From a virus: DNA of 55,271 bases. Both the position numbers and the translations under genes were made by a program. Below are positions 19,745-29,824 of this stretch, in pieces; the first letter of the stretch is position 1; the number at the start of each line of letters is the position of its first letter. Where the stretch lies: IMG/VR virus record IMGVR_UViG_3300028534_000014, positions 1 to 55,271 of that record; one strand, 5' to 3'. The notes under the pieces are model-generated. The model saw only the letters and a list, made by a program, of their open reading frames with translations, made no database searches and had not been told where the DNA came from.

Positions 19745-21511
19745 TTAATTTGGTATCTCATCACTGTTATGTTTATCATAAATATCTTCTACTAGATACT
19801 TATATTCATTAGGTAGGGCTTCATAAAGAGCTTTAGCTAATATTCTAATCTCCATAAGAGCCGCTTTATTTAGCCTAAGGTCTAAGAAGTTTTGTAGACT
19901 ACGCATATTTACACTCCATCTAAGAGTCACTTTATAGGCTTCTGGTAATGCATATTTCATAACATCATTACTGTACCCTTCTCTTAAACCCATTCTAACA
20001 TTCTCTAAAGCTTTAATAGCACTATTATCCACAAAGCTATTACCAGTCATTACAAGGTATTTCTGAGCCTTTCTTGCCCCGGTAATACTAATGAATGACT
20101 CTTCAGCTTTTAACCGCTTTAAAGTATACCTAGTACTTTCTACGCTAAGGCTAGCAATTCTATGCCTAGAGAGTTCTTGTAGAAGAGCGCGGCTTATACC
20201 TTCTATCTTATAATTGATATAAATATGCTCTAGAGTCGAATTTCCTGACCATATTTGCTTACCATGTCTACGAACCATGATTATATGATTTGGAACTTCT
20301 AAACAGTATATTTTTCCATCATAGTATTTATACTCTGGTTTGTTTTCATTTTGAGAGTTATTAAATCTAACATCCAATTCATATCTTATAATTCTGATTT
20401 TATAGCAGTCTTTTACATTTTCTTTTTTAGTTATTTTGCCATTTCTCCAAATTGTATCTTCTTTCGCCCTACGTATATGGCTTATTGAGAAATCCCAACC
20501 GCATAGAACAACAAGTCTTGATATAGTGTCGATAGCTTGCGCGCTTGTTGTTGCGATTTCTATTGATCCTATTTTATATAAGTTATAATCGCCATCGGCA
20601 TTCGCCCAGCCGTCAAATATATTTTTTATATTATCTGAATTGAGTTTACTTATTTGGCTATCAGTCATACCTTTATTATTTAAGTAAATATCTCTAAACC
20701 AATGAACATCATCTTCATGTAATTCTATTATATGTCTATCATTTGCGCCTATTCTATATATGAAGCCTAAATTCTTTAAGTATGTTATCTTTCTTTCTTT
20801 TGTGATATGAAACTCTATAGTTTTACCGCCTCGATAAGTTCCATCTCCAATAAAGAAGCCTATTAACTTACATAAATTATTTGGAATATTATTGCGGATT
20901 TGAACGCCATTACTTCTTTTCGTATGATAATGTTGGGTATCAAATACCTCAGACGCTTCAACCAAGTTAAACTCCCTTTCATCGTACTGTCTGTTTTTCA
21001 GTTTTCTACCATCAGAAATATATACTTTATGGTTATCAGTTACAAGTAAATCAATATGCTTACCTTTAAAATGTATTAATTCACCTTTAAAGTCATATTC
21101 GAAAAGATTGGTCGGTTTTTGATACTCTATATCACTAGTTTCGGGATTTAGTGTTATGATATCATCATTTTTTGTTACATCCTTGATATATTTCCAACCT
21201 TGTAATGTCATAACCTCTGTATCATCGGAAAAACATGCATGTTTATTCTTATTCCCTACTCTATCTATAAGAGCTTTGTCTTTATCTCCTATAATGACTC
21301 TAACTTCTTTATCAACAGTGGCATCACATTCACTGCATCTATACTCATTTACATCACTGTCATCTACAATAACCTCTTTACGGCATTTATTACAGTATGC
21401 TACTCTCTTAGTATCACTAAGACCTTCGCTCCTCCAACATGTTCTAATAGCGTCACTACATACATGTAGTGGGGTAATATGTTCCACGCATACGCTCATC
21501 TGTTTTTCCAT
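19745..21511 (-). CDS. thyX: Flavin-dependent thymidylate synthase with intein and zinc-ribbon insertion
   Basis: AIRTCW, KHA|...|STLEH, ISRALLQELSRHRIASLSVESTRY (RHRx7S), NMRSLQNFLDLR and A..EIR. Confidence 0.96.
   Translation of the reverse strand: MEKQMSVCVEHITPLHVCSDAIRTCWRSEGLSDTKRVAYCNKCRKEVIVDDSDVNEYRCSECDATVDKEVRVIIGDKDKALIDRVGNKNKHACFSDDTEVMTLQGWKYIKDVTKNDDIITLNPETSDIEYQKPTNLFEYDFKGELIHFKGKHIDLLVTDNHKVYISDGRKLKNRQYDEREFNLVEASEVFDTQHYHTKRSNGVQIRNNIPNNLCKLIGFFIGDGTYRGGKTIEFHITKERKITYLKNLGFIYRIGANDRHIIELHEDDVHWFRDIYLNNKGMTDSQISKLNSDNIKNIFDGWANADGDYNLYKIGSIEIATTSAQAIDTISRLVVLCGWDFSISHIRRAKEDTIWRNGKITKKENVKDCYKIRIIRYELDVRFNNSQNENKPEYKYYDGKIYCLEVPNHIIMVRRHGKQIWSGNSTLEHIYINYKIEGISRALLQELSRHRIASLSVESTRYTLKRLKAEESFISITGARKAQKYLVMTGNSFVDNSAIKALENVRMGLREGYSNDVMKYALPEAYKVTLRWSVNMRSLQNFLDLRLNKAALMEIRILAKALYEALPNEYKYLVEDIYDKHNSDEIPN
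20240..21235 (-). mobile_element. Intein with LAGLIDADG homing endonuclease (332 aa) in ThyX
   Basis: HA|CFSDDTEVMT...LLVTDNHKV...LIGFFIGDG...IFDGWANADG...IYCLEVPNH...WSGN|STLEH. Confidence 0.93.
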
Positions 21512-21561
21512 CTTATCTCCTTAATATTTATAGTTACAATAAACTATAAACCATATTTATT

Positions 21562-22128
21562 ATGAGAAAAACATTTTTGGAGTTTACTATGGAAATTGTA
21601 ACAGAGTTAGAGAAAGCTGATGCTTTATTCTTATATCTACCAGTGCCTAATTATGGAAAAGTTAAGAATAAGAGTATCTTAAAATATTTAAAATACAAAC
21701 CAATGATATATAAACGGTATAGGGCTAATTGTCTATATTACATTTATAATATACAATCTAGAAAAAAGGCTAGAGAGTATATAGAGTCTACTACAAACTA
21801 TATATTTAAAGTTGGTAATATATATAAAGAACCATTCTTTGTAGATGAGTTTAAACTAATTAGATATTTATTAATTGGAGGAGTTTCCCATCTACCTAAA
21901 GAAGAATTCAATATGAGAGCATTTTTAAAGACATTAGAAACTATTGAACAAAGACATCGAAGTATGATTATTACATCTATAGTATTCTCTCTAGAGTTAT
22001 TTCCTGAGAATTATCGTAAGAAGATTATCAAGACCCTGATAGAGTTAGATAGAAAGATATCAACAATCAGAATAGTTATACATACTACTCCAGAACTAGA
22101 GAAGTATATAACTAAGTCAGTTGCTTAA
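21562..22128 (+). CDS. Hypothetical basic protein
   Basis: 188-aa ORF; the start may be the second Met (GGAG upstream of 21589). Confidence 0.7.
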   Translation: MRKTFLEFTMEIVTELEKADALFLYLPVPNYGKVKNKSILKYLKYKPMIYKRYRANCLYYIYNIQSRKKAREYIESTTNYIFKVGNIYKEPFFVDEFKLIRYLLIGGVSHLPKEEFNMRAFLKTLETIEQRHRSMIITSIVFSLELFPENYRKKIIKTLIELDRKISTIRIVIHTTPELEKYITKSVA

Positions 22129-22175
22129 AATATGCTAATTATATTATTATGAATTTAACTTAGAAAGGAATATAT

Positions 22176-23621
22176 ATGTTAACACTAAATTTGGATCCCA
22201 TGGTTGAGGTACCATTAATAAACATTGGCTGCCTATTTGACATCCCTACATCATCTTTTGTTAAAGGCGAAAGAGGTGAAACTATAATTAATGGTGGGGT
22301 AGATGCATCGACTGGGTTGGTGGGACCGGGTAACTCTTTTAAGTCTACTATTTTACACTATATGGCACTAACAGCCGCTGACAGAATGGAGGCTAGTGAA
22401 CCTACATATGTAATCACATATGACACAGAGTTGCATGTTAAAACAGATAGATTACAATCACTTTTAAAAAAGTATACATACCTACCAGATGATTTTAAAA
22501 GAGAAGATGGTACTCCTATTTGGGATGTTACATCCAAAGCTCAGTATTATGGAGATGAATTCGTTCAATTGCTTCGTAAGTATGTTGATGAAAGAGTTAA
22601 GTCCAAGCCAACTGTCTATAATGGTATGCGCATAGGAGGCAAACCTTTTAAAGGTCTTGTCCCAGCATTTGTGGAAATTGACTCAGTTACAGAGTTCGAA
22701 CCTAAAACAACACACGATATGTTAAACTCTTCTAAACAAGAGGATAGTAGTACTAATATGCTATTTGCACGTAAGGGTCTATTTGTAACTAAATTCTTAT
22801 CAGAGTTACCATTATTATCTAATAAAGGTGGTATTAGGTTCTTCCTTAGCGCGCATGTAGGTAAAAAAATGGATATGGATGCTAATAAGTATCAGAAACC
22901 GACTAAAGATTTACAGTATCTTAAAGATGGTGAGGCTATTAAAGGAGTTTCACCAAAGTTTCACTCGCTATTATCTACACTATGGTTAGTGGACGGTGTT
23001 ACTATGCTTAAAAATCAAGCAACTAAACAGCCTGAATATCCTAATAAAGATGAAGCATCATCTCTTGATACTGATTTGAATATAGTAAGACTTAAACCTC
23101 TTCGTAACAAAGCAGGCGCTTCTGGTTTCAGACTTCCTATAGTAGTGTCTCAAAATGATGCTGTATTACCGGATATCACTAATTTCGATTTCATTCGTAG
23201 TAATGGGTATTTTGGTTTACAAGGTTCTAAGATACATTATACATCAGTATTCTTACCATCTGTCAAATTACAAAGAAGTAATATTAGAGAGAAGTTACCA
23301 AAGTCGTATAAACTAAGACAAGCTATACAGTATACAGCTGACCTCTTACAGTTAAAAATCTTTAAACCGAAGCTAGTGGCTATGGGTCTTTGGTGCGAGC
23401 CTGAAACCCTATATCAAGACCTCATTAACCTAGGCTATGATTGGAATGAGTTACTAGAATGTCGTAGCTGGTGGACTATAGATAATTACGCAGAACACTT
23501 GCCTCACTATTTATCTATTATGGATTTATTACTTATGCGTAACAAAGAGTATGTTCCTTACTGGATGGATAAGGCTCCTTATGAAGAGTTAGATGAGAAA
23601 AAGAAAAAGGATACTAAATGA
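22176..23621 (+). CDS. uvsX: RecA/UvsX-like recombinase (phiKZ gp152-like)
   Basis: INIGCLFDIPT, Walker A GPGNSFKST, YDTE, Walker B VEIDS and RNKAGASG. Confidence 0.85.
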   Translation: MLTLNLDPMVEVPLINIGCLFDIPTSSFVKGERGETIINGGVDASTGLVGPGNSFKSTILHYMALTAADRMEASEPTYVITYDTELHVKTDRLQSLLKKYTYLPDDFKREDGTPIWDVTSKAQYYGDEFVQLLRKYVDERVKSKPTVYNGMRIGGKPFKGLVPAFVEIDSVTEFEPKTTHDMLNSSKQEDSSTNMLFARKGLFVTKFLSELPLLSNKGGIRFFLSAHVGKKMDMDANKYQKPTKDLQYLKDGEAIKGVSPKFHSLLSTLWLVDGVTMLKNQATKQPEYPNKDEASSLDTDLNIVRLKPLRNKAGASGFRLPIVVSQNDAVLPDITNFDFIRSNGYFGLQGSKIHYTSVFLPSVKLQRSNIREKLPKSYKLRQAIQYTADLLQLKIFKPKLVAMGLWCEPETLYQDLINLGYDWNELLECRSWWTIDNYAEHLPHYLSIMDLLLMRNKEYVPYWMDKAPYEELDEKKKKDTK

Positions 23622-24373
23622 TAAGACTGAAATATAATGACGACTCTGGCGTGAATAAACAGGTACAAGTAATTATATCTACAGTAGCTAACGCTAGTTT
23701 TGTTTCAATGGACCAAACATATGGTCCTGGTGATGTAACAACATCTAATACTACACCAGATAAGATTGATTATAACATCAGCATTAAGAAGATGTATAAT
23801 CCAGCTCCGACTACTGTGCAAAATATGATAGTAGATGAAGATAATGAAGATAGATTTAAACTCATTACAGTAGTGGACGTTCCAGTAGCATTTAAAACAT
23901 TTGTATTATATGCAGATACACAGGCAGGGAAGTTCTTATTGATAGAGGATTTAAGTGCTTTACCCAACGGTATCAAGGGTGTTGTTAATGTAGCTGGTAT
24001 GTATGTAGGTCATTATGTAGGTAATAAGGATTATCAATCCGTTATTAAGCCCATCATCCCTGTTAAAGATATAGTTAAAAGAGGCGATCTTAAAACTGAT
24101 ATGATAGATAATGCTGTATTTATCTTTAGAGATACGAGTAGAGAAGGTAATGTATTTAGTAACAACTTTGGATATAATGTTGATGATGGTTACTATTTAG
24201 AGTCTGATACAGATAAAGTGGCTATGTATATTTCTGTAGGGGCATCTTCTAGGCTATTTACAGATGCCAATGTTTCTGTATTAGTAAAGACAGCAGTAAG
24301 TAAAGTATCTAATGGATATATGGCATATACTATGGCGCCTGATGACTTGCTTATACCTTTACTTTTAGTATAA
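23618..24373 (+). CDS. Hypothetical protein
   Basis: 251 aa with ATGA overlap and AAGGA RBS. Confidence 0.75.
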   Translation: MIRLKYNDDSGVNKQVQVIISTVANASFVSMDQTYGPGDVTTSNTTPDKIDYNISIKKMYNPAPTTVQNMIVDEDNEDRFKLITVVDVPVAFKTFVLYADTQAGKFLLIEDLSALPNGIKGVVNVAGMYVGHYVGNKDYQSVIKPIIPVKDIVKRGDLKTDMIDNAVFIFRDTSREGNVFSNNFGYNVDDGYYLESDTDKVAMYISVGASSRLFTDANVSVLVKTAVSKVSNGYMAYTMAPDDLLIPLLLV

Positions 24374-24382
24374 AGGATAAAC

Positions 24383-25042
24383 ATGGCTAGAGCCGATGTA
24401 GAGAGATATATATTAGATAGCATGAAGATACTAGATAGCTCTGGTGAGATGGTAAAACTTTACGAGGCTACTTTTAAAGAGATGAGCAATTCAGAGTTTG
24501 AAGAGTTTATCACCGATTTAAAAGAGAAGAAACAGTATGTAAGCTTTATCGCTCCTAATGGGGATAATAAGATAAAGGTATCAGAAGAGAGCATTAGACG
24601 CTTCTTTAAGAAAGAGCGATTGAATGTATTTGACGATATCACAGTAACAGAAGATGGTGCCGAGTATACTATACCGCATAAGATACCTGTACTGATGTTG
24701 CCTGTTAGAAGAACTCAACAACATCAATCTAAAGGAATAGCAGTATCTAAGGATAATAAGAGTAGAGACTCTATTACAGGGCAAGTGGTTTCAGATAGTG
24801 CTGCTGGGAGTATAACTAATCCTGAGAAGTATGTTTTAGCTAACTTAGGACTGACTAAGATACTTGATGAGGTAGCCAATATTAGAGGAGGTGATACTTC
24901 TGGCATGTTGGGCTTAGAAGCTAAGATATTACAACAAGGTAAAGTCTCTATGAAAGAGATAAAGCCGTTTAGAGATAAGACTGGTTCAGCTAAAGCTGTT
25001 AAATCTTATTTTAAAGCAATGCATATAGATTTATCGATCTAG
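24383..25042 (+). CDS. Virion RNA polymerase beta subunit, C-terminal fragment (phiKZ gp149-like)
   Basis: LPVRRTQQ...K, D.ITGQV, ITNPE, E...IRGGD and YFKAMHI correspond to the RpoB C-terminus. Confidence 0.8.
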   Translation: MARADVERYILDSMKILDSSGEMVKLYEATFKEMSNSEFEEFITDLKEKKQYVSFIAPNGDNKIKVSEESIRRFFKKERLNVFDDITVTEDGAEYTIPHKIPVLMLPVRRTQQHQSKGIAVSKDNKSRDSITGQVVSDSAAGSITNPEKYVLANLGLTKILDEVANIRGGDTSGMLGLEAKILQQGKVSMKEIKPFRDKTGSAKAVKSYFKAMHIDLSI

Positions 25043-25174
25043 ATATATGAGAATAAGAACAATAGATAACGTTAGCCGTATGGCTAATGTTATTATCTAC
25101 TTGTTATAATGCTTTTATATGAATATAAACTATTTATATTCGAATTCGAATAATTTTATATATAAAGGATACCC

Positions 25175-26353
25175 ATGAGTATTATGGATGAATTATTATC
25201 AGAAGTTACACCAGTGGAAACTTCGGTAGATAACATTGAAGCAATTACAGCAGCTAGTGAAGCAGCTGATGTAGAACAAGAGGCTACTACACTTTTAGCA
25301 GATGCTATTAAATTAGTAGATACTACTGCTTATTTTGAAACACTGACTGAAAAATTAGCAGGTAAAGAGCTTGATGCAACTAGCGCAGATTTACTTACAG
25401 ACGCATTGGGCGTTATTGCTGTAGGTATGGGGTTGAAAGAAGATACTTTCGATTTATTATCAGATGAAGCTAAAGATGATAAAAGAGGCGCTGATGAGAG
25501 TAAAGTTCAAAAAGTAAAAGAGTTTATTAAAAGAGTTGGCTTAGCGATAGCTAAATGGTTTAGAAAATTTATGGCACTAGTGCAAAAATGGACTCAAAAA
25601 CTCCTTATTACAATGAGCGCTAGTGAAAAAGCTACAAAAGAGCTTGCTGATAAGTTAAAAGAAGCTGGTATCGAGAAAGACCCTGAAATTACTGTACCTG
25701 AAGGCATCTTAGCTACATTCGGTAGAAAAACTTATAATGGCTATATCTCTTACGGTAAATTCTTAAAAGCTCAAGATCAATCAACTTTAACAGGGACTCT
25801 TGGAAAAGTTTATGAGACTGATGATAGTGAATTTGATAAGTTTGTAAAAGATAATAATGCATCTGTTGTTTTCGCTAAAGGTGCGTTTAGCACAACTGCA
25901 TATGCTTGGAAAGAAGAAACTGTAGATGGTGTTAAAGTTATTACAAATGTAAAATCAGCTAAGGTGAAGTTTAAAGATGCTAAAGAGCTTAAAGCTGGTG
26001 ATAAAGTTAAGGTAAGTAACATTGTTGGTTCTCCAAAGGATTTATTGGAGGATATCCAGGCATCTAAAGACGAGATGAAGAAAGATCTTGATGCTAATTA
26101 CAAATCTATTCAAGATGCATTTAAAGAGACTGAAGATTTAATCAAGTCTTACGAAGGTAAAGATGGTATCAAATCTGCATATGTGACTAATGCACAAAAA
26201 GTAGGATTAGTTAAGGCTAAGGCTAAGTATCAAACAATGATAGCAATAGCTAAATCTAGAAGCAAAGCAATTAGCCTAGGTAGACAAATTCTTAAAGACC
26301 TAAAAGGCGATGACGCAAAAGATGCTGCAAGTGAAAATAAAGAAGAAAAGTAA
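25175..26353 (+). CDS. Internal head protein (phiKZ gp93/94/95/162-type paralog family)
   Basis: Acidic propeptide followed by amphipathic KEFIKRVGLAIAKWFRKF and a basic mature part. Confidence 0.75.
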   Translation: MSIMDELLSEVTPVETSVDNIEAITAASEAADVEQEATTLLADAIKLVDTTAYFETLTEKLAGKELDATSADLLTDALGVIAVGMGLKEDTFDLLSDEAKDDKRGADESKVQKVKEFIKRVGLAIAKWFRKFMALVQKWTQKLLITMSASEKATKELADKLKEAGIEKDPEITVPEGILATFGRKTYNGYISYGKFLKAQDQSTLTGTLGKVYETDDSEFDKFVKDNNASVVFAKGAFSTTAYAWKEETVDGVKVITNVKSAKVKFKDAKELKAGDKVKVSNIVGSPKDLLEDIQASKDEMKKDLDANYKSIQDAFKETEDLIKSYEGKDGIKSAYVTNAQKVGLVKAKAKYQTMIAIAKSRSKAISLGRQILKDLKGDDAKDAASENKEEK

Positions 26354-26360
26354 TTATTTC

Positions 26361-26386
26361 CTATAGATAGCTTGAGCTATCTATAG
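26361..26386 (+). terminator. Palindromic hairpin, probable terminator
   Basis: ctatagatagct-tg-agctatctatag followed by a T-tract. Confidence 0.7.
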
Positions 26387-26429
26387 AGTTACTCTTTTTT
26401 AGTGAATTTAAAACAACAAAGGAAGATAC

Positions 26430-27569
26430 ATGACTATTGTAGATGAATTATTAACAGATGCTCAGCCAGAGATGAATGTTGAGGATGCACAAAAGGCTTT
26501 CGACCACTTAGCTGAGTTGCTAAGCGATATGAAAAGAGAAACAGCTCGTATGGAGCAATTGGCTATATTATCAGAAGCAGATAAAACTGAGACACTATCG
26601 GAGGTGATGAAAACAATTGCTATCGACTCAGGATATAATCCTATAATGGTTGAGCAGTTAGGGGCAAGTGACTATATTAAGACAGCAGGTAACTTTATTA
26701 GAAAGCAATTTATGAAAATCGACGAGGCTTGGACTAAAGTGGGGAGTAGTGTAAAATTCACGACATCTGCAAATATAATTGATGGCTATATTAAAAAATT
26801 AGAAAATGCTAATGAAGCTGCTATGTATAATGCTATCATAAAAGCTCAATCTTTCCTATCACCAGCGCTTCGTACTTATATGGTAGCAGCATTATCATTT
26901 AATGGAGATATGTCTAAAGGTATTAAAACTCTATGTAATGATTTTGATAGCTATTTAAAAGGCGATCCTAAAGCTGATATTAAGATTAGCTTGAAGACTA
27001 ATCCTAAATTAATTAATGAAGTACTAAAACAAGCTAATAAGGTATGGTTCACTCGTGTAGAAAAACATATGCAAGATGCGCAATTCACGTTTGTGAGTAA
27101 AATAACTGCAAGAAATATTAAAGTAGCTAATATCAAAAAAGATGAGATAATAGCTAGTAGTGTGCGTATGTATGAGCATGGATGGAAGACTATTCTTGGA
27201 TCTTTCTTCATGGGCTCTGGTCAGTTATTGGGTACTATATCAGGGGTCTTATTATTTAATTCAGGGTTGGCTAAAAGCGATACAGAACAGCTAAAGGCTG
27301 ATGTATTAAAAGATAAAAATGCTGTAATTAAACAACTCCAAGATATCCTTAAATTAATTAAAGAAGCTCCTTCTTTACAAAAAGAGATAGATAAAGTTAT
27401 TAAGTTATCTAAAGAGAACTTTAAAGAAGATGGGCTTACAGCAGCAGAGGTAGCTAAAGCGTATCGTATTAGAGTAGATATGTATTCAACATTAATTGAT
27501 TTATTCTATGGTATAGGTTCGACTGCTATTAATAGTGCAAAATTAGAGAAGGTTGTTACCAACTTATAA
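26430..27569 (+). CDS. Internal head protein, paralog
   Basis: N-terminus MTIVDELLTD resembles MSIMDELLSE of the previous gene; same acidic/basic layout. Confidence 0.7.
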   Translation: MTIVDELLTDAQPEMNVEDAQKAFDHLAELLSDMKRETARMEQLAILSEADKTETLSEVMKTIAIDSGYNPIMVEQLGASDYIKTAGNFIRKQFMKIDEAWTKVGSSVKFTTSANIIDGYIKKLENANEAAMYNAIIKAQSFLSPALRTYMVAALSFNGDMSKGIKTLCNDFDSYLKGDPKADIKISLKTNPKLINEVLKQANKVWFTRVEKHMQDAQFTFVSKITARNIKVANIKKDEIIASSVRMYEHGWKTILGSFFMGSGQLLGTISGVLLFNSGLAKSDTEQLKADVLKDKNAVIKQLQDILKLIKEAPSLQKEIDKVIKLSKENFKEDGLTAAEVAKAYRIRVDMYSTLIDLFYGIGSTAINSAKLEKVVTNL

Positions 27570-27576
27570 CAATTAT

Positions 27577-27602
27577 CCATAGTACCCATATGGGTACTAT
27601 GG
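27577..27602. terminator. Perfect 26-bp palindrome between convergent genes
   Basis: ccatagtacccatatgggtactatgg. Confidence 0.75.
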
Positions 27603-27607
27603 TATAG

Positions 27608-29179
27608 TTAAAATGCGTTATCCTCAGCTTCTGTTAATCTAATTATATCACTTCTCTCTCTTACGCTTATCTTCTTCCTTTTATCAAAGTCAAATGGGAT
27701 AGGTCCATTAGGAGGGAATGGTAGAGCAAAATAGAATTTACTAGGCGCTAGTGTAGTAGGAAGTTTATGCTTACCTCTCATAACGGTTAGCCATGCTTTC
27801 TTCTTAGCTACTACAGCTGTATGACAACTTATCTCTAAATCCCATTCGGTATTTAATGTGCTAACTCCTTGATAATAAGGTTTACCAGCTACATGTTCTA
27901 CAAACTCTAAATCGTTCAATCCTTCTTTAGTTAATGCACCAGCTTGACTATTTAGTTGCCATGGTGTCATCCATAGTATATCTTTAGCACTAAAATAGTT
28001 TCTTAATCTACGGACCAGGTCCCTTTTATCCTCTCCCATCGGTCCATTATGATTACATCCTGTAGTAGGTATCTGTCCTACATAGTCGATAGCTGCTAAT
28101 TTTACATCATATTTTTGTGACATTAGCTTATTATAGTAACTAAACACTCCAGAGAAGCTCCACATAGTAGGGTTAATTCTATCTAACTTAAGACTCCATC
28201 CATTTTTAGCTACGGTATCTCTGACATACCTAATCAATGTTCCTATGCCAAAGTTAGCTACCTCATTATCTATCTCATTGAGAGGGGTGCCCTCAGTCCC
28301 TCTGATAATACGATACATAGTATTAATAACATTATCTAGATTATCCTCTAGACTAACCCAGCTAGCTAACGCTTTCATTCCTTTCTTAACATTTTGAGGT
28401 TTATTAGCCATTAAGACACCTAGAAAACTCGATATAGTTAAGCCCGTTTTAAAGTTAAAGGCTAATGCAGATATACATACAGCCTCACCTGACCTGAACC
28501 CTCCCTGTAGTGTCTCTGTATAATCTTTCCAACCTGTTTTATAAACAGCTACTATTTTATTCTCTTTTTCTCTTGACTCAATATACTTATCTAATTCTTC
28601 ATCAGATACAGACATATCGATAGTCTCCATTATCGCTTCATCTGAAGAGGCACTAGCTGTTTCTAACTCTTCAAGTTTCTCTCTTTGCTTCCTAATAACT
28701 TCCATTAGGTCTATTAATTTAGAGGGTTGTTCTCTAATTAACTTGCGATACCCTTCTCTAGCAACTTTAGCGGCTTTATGTCCTATATATAGTCTATTAA
28801 TCGTAGACTTCAATCTGTGTATATCATCGGCTAATGCTTCAGGGTCACTACTAGGTAAGAAAGCATCTTTAAGATTAGAGCCTATTAGCTGTTCATCTAT
28901 CTCTTCACCATTATCAATAGCGTCCAGCATTAACTTTGTTATTTGTCTAACAATACTATGTATATCTAACTTTATACCATCTTCAATATTATCTATCATC
29001 TCATTTATTATGTAGATAAGTTTATCTTCTGCTATGTTAACAGTTCTATTCCATCCATTATCATTTTTCTCAGCGTTAGCTAGGATGCTTTTAATCATTT
29101 CAATACTATTTGTAGATATATCTTCACTTGCCTGTTCTTTAATTAATAATTCTATTATGGTTATTAAAATATCATCCAT
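27608..29179 (-). CDS. dnaB: DnaB-like replicative helicase (phiKZ gp118-like)
   Basis: YKTGW...QGGFRSGE, atypical Walker A ALAFNFKT, SLED, IDY, TPWQL, EWDLE and RGKH; divergent from the capsid operon. Confidence 0.85.
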   Translation of the reverse strand: MDDILITIIELLIKEQASEDISTNSIEMIKSILANAEKNDNGWNRTVNIAEDKLIYIINEMIDNIEDGIKLDIHSIVRQITKLMLDAIDNGEEIDEQLIGSNLKDAFLPSSDPEALADDIHRLKSTINRLYIGHKAAKVAREGYRKLIREQPSKLIDLMEVIRKQREKLEELETASASSDEAIMETIDMSVSDEELDKYIESREKENKIVAVYKTGWKDYTETLQGGFRSGEAVCISALAFNFKTGLTISSFLGVLMANKPQNVKKGMKALASWVSLEDNLDNVINTMYRIIRGTEGTPLNEIDNEVANFGIGTLIRYVRDTVAKNGWSLKLDRINPTMWSFSGVFSYYNKLMSQKYDVKLAAIDYVGQIPTTGCNHNGPMGEDKRDLVRRLRNYFSAKDILWMTPWQLNSQAGALTKEGLNDLEFVEHVAGKPYYQGVSTLNTEWDLEISCHTAVVAKKKAWLTVMRGKHKLPTTLAPSKFYFALPFPPNGPIPFDFDKRKKISVRERSDIIRLTEAEDNAF

Positions 29180-29277
29180 TTTGTATCCTCTCTTTTAATC
29201 TCATTTAAGACTGGTTGAATATATATTTACTAGACAGCTACTATAGTTTGTTGAATAAGATTATATAAAGGACTAAA

Positions 29278-29727
29278 ATGACAATTATACCACTAAAGCG
29301 TCAGTATAAGAGATTATTAGCTGATAAAGGGCTAACATCAGCTGAATTATTCTTAGAGAATAAGATGCAAGGGACTAAAGGTGCTATATCGCCATTAGAT
29401 AAAAGAGAGATTGTATCGTTTATATATGATACTGCCAGGATACTAAATCCAGATAGAACGACGGGATATACAGAGCCAGATAAAGATGTTATAATCCCAA
29501 ATATACCAGAGATTACTATCATAGCTAATGATAATGGTATTGTTATTGAGATGATAGTTACACAAGAGATGATATTATCTGCTAAGCGATTTGTTAGTTA
29601 TCGTTTAGAGATATTGGAGATGATTGCTAATAAAGTGAAAGAGACTTATGGTGATGATAGCCAGCAATATAAGACTATATTAGAAGCATATCTTATTAAG
29701 TTAATATATTTATATGATAAACACTGA
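29278..29727 (+). CDS. Hypothetical protein (phiKZ gp119 position)
   Basis: 149 aa between DnaB and the capsid gene. Confidence 0.7.
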   Translation: MTIIPLKRQYKRLLADKGLTSAELFLENKMQGTKGAISPLDKREIVSFIYDTARILNPDRTTGYTEPDKDVIIPNIPEITIIANDNGIVIEMIVTQEMILSAKRFVSYRLEILEMIANKVKETYGDDSQQYKTILEAYLIKLIYLYDKH

Positions 29728-29824
29728 AAGATAAGTGTTATCAGAATTTAAAGAGCCTTTTTTTTAAGCATTGCTCACATTTTATTATTTTATAGATAAC
29801 AAAAAACAAACATAAGGAACAGAA

